Part shown: positions 1 to 8,160 of the stretch, piece by piece
Position numbering within the stretch: position 1 is the stretch's first letter
Layout: each line of letters begins with the position of its first letter
Sequence record: PP712906.1
Direction: 5' to 3' (one strand)
DNA: 64,000 nt
Program-made: the position numbers and the translations under genes
Notes under the pieces: model-generated
What the model saw: only the letters and a program-made list of their open reading frames with translations
Databases searched by the model: none
What the model was told of the DNA's origin: nothing

Positions 1-1
1 A

Positions 2-757
2 GAAGCATTGGCTGATAGTGATGTGATCACAGTCAGATGGTACGATAACGTAATCGGAACTCTTTTGACATGGGATGAAGGCGATGACAACTTGCAAGAG
101 CGTACACGTGAGATTTTCGTTTCTCGTGACGACTGGGCAGACGTTCGTCGATTCAACAAGATCATTTACACTGATCCACAAAACCCGTCTGCGGCTGTTA
201 CTGAAGTTCTACCAGACCCAGAGACATTTGCACCAGGCGGAACGCTAGTTTCGTTATTTGAAAGTATATTCCCGATTGGCTCAGTGTATACGAATGCAAA
301 CAACCCGAACAACCCCGCCGATTACATGGGATTTGGTACTTGGGTTCGCTATGCGCCAGGTCGTACAATCGTGGGATGGAACCCAAATGATGATGGAAAA
401 TTCCATCGAAACAATAACAACGAAAACATTGTTCAAGCAGGTGGTACAGGCGGCTCGATTGGTGTGACTCTTACTAAAGAGAACATCCCTGAGCTAATAA
501 GTACAACAAACCCTGACTACAACAGTGCTGGTGAACGCGACATCGGAAATGTCAACGAGCAATATAGCTTAGTTGCGCGTTCAGCAACATCGGGTGGTGA
601 CATTAACTTGAACGGCTGTCTTGGTGACCCAGAGAACACAGTTCCTCTAGCTTACTACAAAGAAGAGCCAATCAAAGTCAACCACGGTCAAATCGCACAA
701 GCAGTTGACGTAACTCAGCCATACATCACTGCATACACTTGGTTAAGGACTGCATAA
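2..757 (+). CDS. 10: Baseplate wedge subunit gp10, C-terminal part (gene starts before the window)
   Basis: Frame open from the window edge. It has SIFPIGSVYTNANNPNNPADYMGFGTWVRYAPGRTIVGW and ends QPYITAYTWLRTA, as T4 gp10 does. Lies directly before 11 and 12. Confidence 0.9.
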   Translation, partial: EALADSDVITVRWYDNVIGTLLTWDEGDDNLQERTREIFVSRDDWADVRRFNKIIYTDPQNPSAAVTEVLPDPETFAPGGTLVSLFESIFPIGSVYTNANNPNNPADYMGFGTWVRYAPGRTIVGWNPNDDGKFHRNNNNENIVQAGGTGGSIGVTLTKENIPELISTTNPDYNSAGERDIGNVNEQYSLVARSATSGGDINLNGCLGDPENTVPLAYYKEEPIKVNHGQIAQAVDVTQPYITAYTWLRTA

Positions 758-1443
758 TGACAACTAAAGCAAGACATGCGTCACGAGTGTGGAGCAATGA
801 CTCGCGCATGAAGATTTTCGATCAAACAGCAATTGACGACTCGGGTTTATTCCCGGGTGGTCGCTTCAATTTCCGCGGTGCGGTATTAGGCGATTCAACA
901 ATTGACGAAATTCAAGAAGGCGCGTGGGATCCGAACGTTCAAGCTGCAATTATGCAGCTTGCAATGGCAGCAATTTTGCCAGTCGGTACTATTATCTCGT
1001 CAACAGACGCAACGAACCCGTTTAACACGAACCAGTTCAACGAAACAATTACATTCACTGGGACTTCGGCAGTTGATAACATCAGCTTATATGGCGTTTC
1101 AGTGCAGTTGACTGTGGGCGATTCAGATAATGACATTGCAGAAAAAGTTTTCACGGCTCTGCACGCATCGAATCTGTTTGACACCGTTCCGACAGACCAC
1201 GTCGCGCCGTCAAACACGTTTCTATTGAAGCACCGCAGTTCTAGACCGCATAATCCTGCGTACTCAACGACGTTTGAAGACATTTTAGACCCAGAAGGTA
1301 GTCCAACTGGGATTCAAGCTAAAAGCGTCGTCACGGGTTCGTCAGACGGTCAGAAGAGCTTAGGTTACGGGGAATGGGAATTGTATCACACTGATACAAC
1401 AACATTCACTGATACTGTATATTACTACAGAAGGATTGCATAA
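757..1443 (+). CDS. 11: Baseplate wedge subunit / short-fibre connector gp11 (228 aa)
   Basis: ATG overlaps the gp10 stop (TAATG), so I prefer 757 over the track start at 739. C-terminus GYGEWELY...YYYRRIA is gp11-like. Synteny 10-11-12. Confidence 0.85.
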   Translation: MTTKARHASRVWSNDSRMKIFDQTAIDDSGLFPGGRFNFRGAVLGDSTIDEIQEGAWDPNVQAAIMQLAMAAILPVGTIISSTDATNPFNTNQFNETITFTGTSAVDNISLYGVSVQLTVGDSDNDIAEKVFTALHASNLFDTVPTDHVAPSNTFLLKHRSSRPHNPAYSTTFEDILDPEGSPTGIQAKSVVTGSSDGQKSLGYGEWELYHTDTTTFTDTVYYYRRIA

Positions 1444-2981
1444 TGTCAGGAACAAACATATTCACGCACGCGAGTGACGAGGCAAAATATGTTTACCTGC
1501 AACCGTTCACTTCTCCCGGTTCAGCTTTTGAAGCGGGAGGAGATGTTCAGAGTATTTTGGAGCAAATTGATCCAAGCGCATTGCTACCACTGCCGCCGTT
1601 ACCTTATGCAACTTCGACTGAGAACGGTGCAGTTGAGTACTCGACTCAAGCAGAAGCTAATGCACTTGATGATTTATTGACTGTTCTTACACCCGAAACA
1701 TTAGACGGTGTTGATCAGTTTGTATCACCAGCAACCGATACTCAGCTAGGTAACTTACTTGAATTACGTTCAAGTGATTTGACTCGAACATATGCATCAT
1801 CAGATGCCAGTCGTTTGCTTTCATATCGTCGTCTTGAAGAAATGATGACGACTAGAAATGCACTTGCAGATGACACAACCAATGATTCTCAGGGGTTTGC
1901 TCAGTTTGCAACTCTAGCTGAATCATTAGCATACAACCCATCACGCATAATCTCGCCTATGCGAACTTGGAACTTGATTAAAAAAGAAATTCCAAACCCA
2001 TGGGCGCAAGCAACGGAGACATCAACTGGTGTTGTTAGAACAGTAGCACCGAGTGATTCATTGAAATCAGATGCTTCTATCGCGATTAGTGTTAAAGGTT
2101 TGAATCATGTGTCAGCGACAACTTCAAAGCGAGGTGCGTTTAAGTTAACACAAAACAACTATGACCGCAATGCAAGTGATGCAAACGAATATGCAATAAC
2201 TCCCGGTACGATTGATAATTTATTGGCAACGAGTGATAAGGTTGGATTCTTTCAACTTCCTGCTACGTTCACAAATGACTCAACTCAAGCAACTAGTGCG
2301 GCATTAGGCTACGAACTTGCAAGTAAACTAGGTCCAGATGGTGGTACGATTACAGGCACGCTTCAATGTGACAACATTTACAGTAATATTGTCACGAGAC
2401 AAAAGCAATACAGCTATGGCGGCTCATATTACGTTAATGTAAAAGAGACACGAGAAGTATTCCCGAATAATCAACTTGATGCTAAAATCGGATTAGCAGG
2501 TCGACCAGTCGGAAGTATTTTCCATTGTACTGAAAATGTAGACCCGAATGTTGTATTTGGCGGCGTGTGGTATAGAATCAGAGCAGGTCAAACAATGATC
2601 GGTCAAGGTACGGGTGATGATGGCGTGCGTCGTCGTTACTTCTCAGCCGGAACATATGGTGATGATGATCGAGTTACATTGTACGAACGTCATTTGCCTA
2701 GTCACAGTCACAAAAGCTGGGGTGAAACATACTCAGGTTCGAAATCTTCATGTGTTAAGTACGGTACATACCGAAACCCGTACGGCGTGACATATTACTG
2801 TAAAGAATACAGTTATGTTGATTACTGGCGATTCGGTTATACGGGTAGTCGGAATAATATAGGCATGGGTTCTACTGACCGAGATAATTACATGTATTAC
2901 ACATCACCGGTAGGTGGCGGTCAAGCTCATGAAAACATGATGCCATTCTATCCCGTTTATATTTGGAGACGAGTTAAATGA
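1443..2981 (+). CDS. 12: Short tail fibre gp12, copy 1 (512 aa)
   Basis: N-terminus MSGTNIFTHASDEAKYV resembles T4 gp12. It has YATSTENG / AQATETSTGVV fibre repeats, a collar motif (PVGSIF...FGGVW) and an HxH tip motif (HLPSHSH). Confidence 0.85.
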   Translation: MSGTNIFTHASDEAKYVYLQPFTSPGSAFEAGGDVQSILEQIDPSALLPLPPLPYATSTENGAVEYSTQAEANALDDLLTVLTPETLDGVDQFVSPATDTQLGNLLELRSSDLTRTYASSDASRLLSYRRLEEMMTTRNALADDTTNDSQGFAQFATLAESLAYNPSRIISPMRTWNLIKKEIPNPWAQATETSTGVVRTVAPSDSLKSDASIAISVKGLNHVSATTSKRGAFKLTQNNYDRNASDANEYAITPGTIDNLLATSDKVGFFQLPATFTNDSTQATSAALGYELASKLGPDGGTITGTLQCDNIYSNIVTRQKQYSYGGSYYVNVKETREVFPNNQLDAKIGLAGRPVGSIFHCTENVDPNVVFGGVWYRIRAGQTMIGQGTGDDGVRRRYFSAGTYGDDDRVTLYERHLPSHSHKSWGETYSGSKSSCVKYGTYRNPYGVTYYCKEYSYVDYWRFGYTGSRNNIGMGSTDRDNYMYYTSPVGGGQAHENMMPFYPVYIWRRVK

Positions 2982-4399
2982 GTAAAGGAACTCAAATTTT
3001 CAATCACGTGATTGATGATGCGGGTACGGTTACAGTTGAAGTCGCTGGTACTGCCTTTGACGGGCAGACTGGCGGCAACGATGATCTTCAGACGTGTCTT
3101 GAATTGATTCAAGATCACGCTGTTCAGCCGTTACCTGATTACCCAGTCGCGTCAACGACTGTGGCTGGTATTACGAAATTAAGTGATGAAGCCGCTGTAA
3201 TTGATCCGCTAAACACAGATAGCGCGGTTACGCCAAGTTCGCTTGATTATTGGATGCAAAATCACGCAACCGCAACTGAATTGCAGTATGGTTTCGTAAA
3301 GCTGATAACCGAAAGCACAATCGACACAGTAGCACCGTCAGACCCTGTAGAAGCTGCACAAAAGCACGCATTCACGTTAAAAACGCTGAACTACGCTCTT
3401 AACACTCGATTTTACGCGACTGAATCTGATCCAGGTGCTGTGCGTCTCGCGACGAATGCGCAAGCAACGACAACAGGCACACTTTCAACTACTGTAGCAA
3501 TGACGCCGCAGCGAGTTAAAGAAATGCTTGACGTATGGGCAAACACAACTGCATCAGATGCATCCGAAACTACAAAGGGGTTGATTCGTCTAGCAAACGG
3601 GACTGAAGTCAACAGTACATTAGCGACTGAAGATAACTTGGCAATTTCGCCATATCGTTTTAACTTTAGAACAGCAACCACGACTCGTAAGGCAGGGTTT
3701 TATCTACCCGACGCTACAGTTGCCAACGCTCGTGCGTCGAACGAACATGCAGTTACAGTGGGCACATTGAATCTATTCAGTGCAAATAGTTCTCGTGTGG
3801 GTGTTGCTAAAATAGCAAACAATCTGACGACGAATGATCCGTTACAAGCTCTAAGTGCAGCAATGGGTTATAAGTTGAACAACGAGAAGATTGGCGATGC
3901 GGGTGGTACAGTCACGGGTACGCTGAAGATCAACAATGTTCAGTCAGTCGGCGGAACTCAGTTGATGACTAATGGTCTAATTGAATCACGAGCAATGCTT
4001 AATATGTATCCAGTCGGTTCAGTTTACATGTCGTTAGTATCAACATCACCTGCTACGCTTTTCGGCGGTACATGGGCTAGATTAGCACAAGGTCGTGTTC
4101 TTGTTTCAGAGGGTTCATATGGCGGGAGAACTTTTGCAGTTCGCCAAACTGGCGGCGAGTATGAAGTTAAGCTAACTGAAGCAACAATACCAGCTCATAA
4201 ACACGCTGGTTGGGGTGAACATTACGACGGTAACGGTATCGGGTTTGGCGTTGCGAAGCAATACGGGCGTAATAACCCAGGTTCTCGTAGAACAGACAGT
4301 GACAACTATCTATACTACACATCGCCGGTCGGCGGTAACCAAGCACACAACAACGTACAGCCATACTATACTGTTTACATGTGGGAAAGAACTGCATAA
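2978..4399 (+). CDS. 12: Short tail fibre gp12, copy 2 (473 aa)
   Basis: Same architecture as the upstream gene: ASTTVAGITKL / ATELQYGFVKL repeats, YPVGSVYMS...FGGTW collar, IPAHKH tip. ATGA overlap with copy 1. Confidence 0.85.
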   Translation: MSKGTQIFNHVIDDAGTVTVEVAGTAFDGQTGGNDDLQTCLELIQDHAVQPLPDYPVASTTVAGITKLSDEAAVIDPLNTDSAVTPSSLDYWMQNHATATELQYGFVKLITESTIDTVAPSDPVEAAQKHAFTLKTLNYALNTRFYATESDPGAVRLATNAQATTTGTLSTTVAMTPQRVKEMLDVWANTTASDASETTKGLIRLANGTEVNSTLATEDNLAISPYRFNFRTATTTRKAGFYLPDATVANARASNEHAVTVGTLNLFSANSSRVGVAKIANNLTTNDPLQALSAAMGYKLNNEKIGDAGGTVTGTLKINNVQSVGGTQLMTNGLIESRAMLNMYPVGSVYMSLVSTSPATLFGGTWARLAQGRVLVSEGSYGGRTFAVRQTGGEYEVKLTEATIPAHKHAGWGEHYDGNGIGFGVAKQYGRNNPGSRRTDSDNYLYYTSPVGGNQAHNNVQPYYTVYMWERTA

Positions 4400-4439
4400 A
4401 GACAAGCATAGTATAACGCATATGTCAATGTGAATAAAC

Positions 4440-4467
4440 GGGTGAGATTGATTTCTCACCCTTTTTT
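4440..4467 (+). terminator. Intrinsic terminator after gene 12 copy 2
   Basis: GGGTGAGA-TTGATT-TCTCACCC followed by TTTTTT. Confidence 0.85.
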
Positions 4468-4494
4468 GTATGAGCGAAGCGGTAGAAACGGATC

Positions 4495-4568
4495 GAGGCG
4501 GAAAAATTCCGTCTCATCTTAGTAGTATTAGTGGTTTTAGTGAAGTTAGAGATATTAGTATGATTAGT
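4495..4568 (+). repeat. 74-bp non-coding element, copy A (hairpin plus six TTAG at 9-bp period)
   Basis: Ungapped 63/74 match to the reverse complement of 32589-32662. TTAG starts at 4519, 4528, 4537, 4546, 4555 and 4564. Confidence 0.9.
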
Positions 4569-4580
4569 ATTAAATACTTG

Positions 4581-4609
4581 TTTAAATCCATGAATGTACC
4601 TGCTATTAT
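4581..4609 (+). promoter_or_regulatory. Putative sigma70-type promoter (GTTTA class) after repeat copy A
   Basis: (G)TTTAAA 4581-4586, 17-nt spacer, TATTAT 4604-4609. Confidence 0.5.
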
Positions 4610-4650
4610 AAACGCATAAAGACATCTCCCTCCTTGATCCTTTGTATTGC

Positions 4651-4658
4651 TATAAATA
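4651..4658 (+). promoter_or_regulatory. T4-type late promoter for wac-13-14-15
   Basis: Exact TATAAATA 40 nt before the wac ATG. Confidence 0.9.
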
Positions 4659-4697
4659 GTAGTAAGCTATGTTCATTTACAATACAAGGGAACAAAA

Positions 4698-6377
4698 ATG
4701 ACAATTCAAAAGCCTATCATTACAGAGCTTAGATATGTAAATGGTCAACCAGATCCTTCTCAACGTCCCGATCAAACTCGAATTAACTGGGCTAAGAATG
4801 GTGAAAGCATCAATGGTGCTTCTGGTGACACAGTTTCTGACGGTGTGTTAAACCGAGCAGGAGTACAGATCCAAGAAAACGTTCTGAACACACATTATAA
4901 TACAAAAGCACAGCAAACGACAATCGAGGAACTTGTCGATACCGTAAACGAACTGACGGGTGGTGGCGACGCAAACCTTGGTGCTCGTGTTTCTCAGACT
5001 GAATTCGATATTGATGTTCTTGAAAATCAAGTAGATGATCTTCAAGACAATGTTGGTGTACCGTCTACTATTGATGTTATGGCAACCGGTTTATATCGTC
5101 GCGCTGAAGACATCGAAGCTGATATTGGTGTTCGTAACCCAAATGACATCCCAAATGACGTTGAGAATAATGACACGATTCGTAAAGACTTGTATTTCAT
5201 CAAACGTCGTATTGGTAACGACCGTAACTATGATGTAAACGGGAATTCTTCTCCAAGTACAAACCCAACTGGTATGAAATATCAGATTGGAGATTTGTAT
5301 AACAAAACTGCAACGATCAATGCTGAAATTGGTGAAAACGCAATCCCGTTGACTATCAATGGTCGTCTGTATGAGTTGGAGCAGAACTCACAGGTCGGTG
5401 ATGTTGCTGAAATTCGTAGCGAAATCGGTGATTCTCAAGATGCAGACCCTGCTCGTACGATTTATTTGCGCCTTGACGACGCAGAAAGTGCGATTAGTGA
5501 CAACTCATCAGACATCAATTTGTTGCAACAAGAAATCGAGACTCCAACAACTGGTCTAATTGATCGTGTTTCGGCTAATGAAACTGCAATTTCAGACGGT
5601 CAGACGCAAATCACTGCTAATGCTCAGTCGATTACTGATATTACAACTGATCTCGGATCGTACTCAGTAGGTGACGTGTATGCAGGTACCGTTAAAGCTC
5701 GTCTATCGACGTTTAACGACGACATTTCTAATCTATGGAGCCGTTTAGGGGCTACTGACGCAGAGACCGGCACAGTGTCTTATAGAGTGGCAGGATTAGA
5801 GGCTAGTCTCGGGGATCGCGATAGCCCGGTTGAATTCACAGCTTGGTACACTATTCAAGAAAACCGTGGTCTGATTGATTCTGCTCAGTCTGAGGTTGAC
5901 GGTCTTTTGACTGTGGTTGGTCAGAGTGATACGGAAGTGGGTACTTTGCGTGCTCGTGTTCTTGAGCTTGAAGCCAATTTGGATTATGCAATGTTGACTT
6001 CAGACACGCCAAACACAGCATCATTGACAACAACACCGACAGACATGTTCAGTTTATTCAACGTTGAATCGGACGTAAGTGGTTTTACATACACTGGTGG
6101 CGTTTTGACCAGAACTGGTCTTGATATTAAGAAGCCGATCATGTTGAACTGGGTAGTTGTTTCTCCGACTACAACAACACTTACAATCAAGATTGATATT
6201 GTCAATCCGAGTGGTAGTGTTACTATCGAAAAAACACGTACGCTTCGTGCGGGATTGGTTACACCGATCAATATTGTTCACGTTGCTGACATTGAAGACA
6301 CTGGTGATATTACTATTCTTGCTAGTACTGCGGCAAACGTTACGATTGAACACGAATCGTTCTTCATGCAACTATAA
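4698..6377 (+). CDS. wac: Fibritin (neck whiskers), 559 aa
   Basis: N-terminus LRYVNGQPDPSQ...RINWAKNGESINGAS...GVLNRAG matches fibritin, followed by long segmented heptad coiled coils. Position between 12 and 13. Confidence 0.9.
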   Translation: MTIQKPIITELRYVNGQPDPSQRPDQTRINWAKNGESINGASGDTVSDGVLNRAGVQIQENVLNTHYNTKAQQTTIEELVDTVNELTGGGDANLGARVSQTEFDIDVLENQVDDLQDNVGVPSTIDVMATGLYRRAEDIEADIGVRNPNDIPNDVENNDTIRKDLYFIKRRIGNDRNYDVNGNSSPSTNPTGMKYQIGDLYNKTATINAEIGENAIPLTINGRLYELEQNSQVGDVAEIRSEIGDSQDADPARTIYLRLDDAESAISDNSSDINLLQQEIETPTTGLIDRVSANETAISDGQTQITANAQSITDITTDLGSYSVGDVYAGTVKARLSTFNDDISNLWSRLGATDAETGTVSYRVAGLEASLGDRDSPVEFTAWYTIQENRGLIDSAQSEVDGLLTVVGQSDTEVGTLRARVLELEANLDYAMLTSDTPNTASLTTTPTDMFSLFNVESDVSGFTYTGGVLTRTGLDIKKPIMLNWVVVSPTTTTLTIKIDIVNPSGSVTIEKTRTLRAGLVTPINIVHVADIEDTGDITILASTAANVTIEHESFFMQL

Positions 6378-6387
6378 GGGGTAATTT

Positions 6388-7311
6388 ATGCAAGCGTATA
6401 ACGCTACATCGCCTCGCGAAATGAAAGATTTGATTTTAAGGCGCCTAGGTGCGCCTATTGTCAACGTCGAAGTATCTGAAGATCAGGTATACGACTGTAT
6501 TTCTCGTGCGCTTGAATTATACATTGAGTATCACCCAGACGGTGTTAATAAAACGTATTCTATCATTTCATTATCTGAAGAGCAAGCTCAGACAGGCATC
6601 ATCGACTTGGATATCCCTGCGACTGCTATCACTAAGATTTTGCGTGCAGAAAGTTCGTTTTTCACTATGGATGGTAATGCTACTTACTCATGGTTTAGTG
6701 ATTTTCTACAAGGTCTAGCTGGCGGTCCCGGTGCAGGATCGTGTAACTCATATCATCAGGGGATGTTAGGTCAAGGTAGTCTAAGTGACTACTGGAACTT
6801 GATGTCCTACAAAAATATGTTGACTGACTTGTTATCGCCTGAATACGATTATTGGTATAATGGCGTAAACAAGCAGCTTCGAATCAATGCAAACTTGAGT
6901 GCAGGTGAGCTTATTGTAGTTGAAGCATTTGTTCCTAGCGCGTTATTGGTTTCTGAATCAGCAACTGGTATTATAGGTAACAAAGCAGCGACTATCGGCT
7001 CGTATGAAGATACGACTTCACAAGAACGTTGGGATGACCCATACAGCATTCTTCGTCAGAACAACACAATCGGTAACTCGAACCAATTCGCTGAACAAAA
7101 TGCTTATTCAGTTCGCTGGGTTAAAGACATGGCAACCGCTATGACTAAGCAAATGAACGGCATTATCTTGAAGAAACATCAAGGGTTGCAATTGCCAGGT
7201 GGAATTACAATTGATGGTAAGGAAATTTACGATGAGGCAACTCAAGAGATTGAGAGACTACGTGAAGAGCTAATGTCATTGACTGTTCCACTAGGCGTAT
7301 TCATGGGGTGA
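6388..7311 (+). CDS. 13: Neck protein gp13
   Basis: SPREMKDLILRRLGAPIVNVEVSEDQVYDCISRALELY...LPGGITIDG, as in T4 gp13. Confidence 0.95.
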   Translation: MQAYNATSPREMKDLILRRLGAPIVNVEVSEDQVYDCISRALELYIEYHPDGVNKTYSIISLSEEQAQTGIIDLDIPATAITKILRAESSFFTMDGNATYSWFSDFLQGLAGGPGAGSCNSYHQGMLGQGSLSDYWNLMSYKNMLTDLLSPEYDYWYNGVNKQLRINANLSAGELIVVEAFVPSALLVSESATGIIGNKAATIGSYEDTTSQERWDDPYSILRQNNTIGNSNQFAEQNAYSVRWVKDMATAMTKQMNGIILKKHQGLQLPGGITIDGKEIYDEATQEIERLREELMSLTVPLGVFMG

Positions 7312-7314
7312 TTT

Positions 7315-8151
7315 ATGGGAGCATACGACACTAATACGGGTGGTATGTTCGCTAAGTTAGAAAGTCAAAAAGGGTATGATCAGATTTACAACAATCACTT
7401 GGTCAACCCTTATTTTAACTGGGTGAATCATACTAATGAGCAGAATCTAACTGACATGCTCGTAGCAGAATCAATCATCAACCGAGGGGTTGAATGTGTG
7501 TATCTGCGAAGAGAAATGGAAAAAGTCGATCTTGTGTTCGGCGAAGACCCAATGAGTAAATTCACTCAGAACTTTCGAATGTCTCTTTACGTCGAATCAT
7601 TTGAGGGGTGGGATGGTGACGGCGATTGGTACAGTAAATTCGGATTTCAAGTGAATGATGAAATGAACGTCTGTATCAACCCGAAATTATTCGCTCAACA
7701 AGGCGACGGTAAGCAGCCGTTAATGGGTGATTTAATTTACTTCCCGCTTGCAAATAGTCTTTTTGAGATTAGTTGGATTGAGCGCGAAGACCCGTGGTAT
7801 ATGAACGGTGTTTTACCTATGCGCAAGATGAAAATGACCAAATTCGTTTACTCTGGTGAAGAAATTAATCTTGAGAAGCCAGAGGCAGTCATTGATTCAA
7901 TTGACGATATTCTAAACTTTGGAGAAGATACTGACGAAATGATTGACATTGACAAAATCAATGCACTTGACGGGCGTTGGGATATTGGTATCGAACAAGG
8001 TGCTGAAATTACTCAAATCGAAGATGAAGTTGACAAGTTCTATGAGTCTGAGCAAGTCGTGCCTAGCGGCAGTGATGTTCAGCCTACAGACCCGCGCAAC
8101 GCAACGATTGGTTTCAATGTAAATAACAGTAATCCATTCGACAGTTTTTAA
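7315..8151 (+). CDS. 14: Neck protein gp14
   Basis: NPYFNWVNHTNEQNLTDMLVAESIINRGVECVYL...FGEDPMSKF...GDLIYFP, as in T4 gp14. Confidence 0.95.
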   Translation: MGAYDTNTGGMFAKLESQKGYDQIYNNHLVNPYFNWVNHTNEQNLTDMLVAESIINRGVECVYLRREMEKVDLVFGEDPMSKFTQNFRMSLYVESFEGWDGDGDWYSKFGFQVNDEMNVCINPKLFAQQGDGKQPLMGDLIYFPLANSLFEISWIEREDPWYMNGVLPMRKMKMTKFVYSGEEINLEKPEAVIDSIDDILNFGEDTDEMIDIDKINALDGRWDIGIEQGAEITQIEDEVDKFYESEQVVPSGSDVQPTDPRNATIGFNVNNSNPFDSF

Positions 8152-8160
8152 GGGGGCATC

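Noticed and set aside
4495-4568. TTAG array as a CRISPR array or telomere-like repeat
   Set aside because: Units are 9 nt with no unique spacers and no cas genes. It is internal and only six units long. Kept instead as an iteron/operator candidate.
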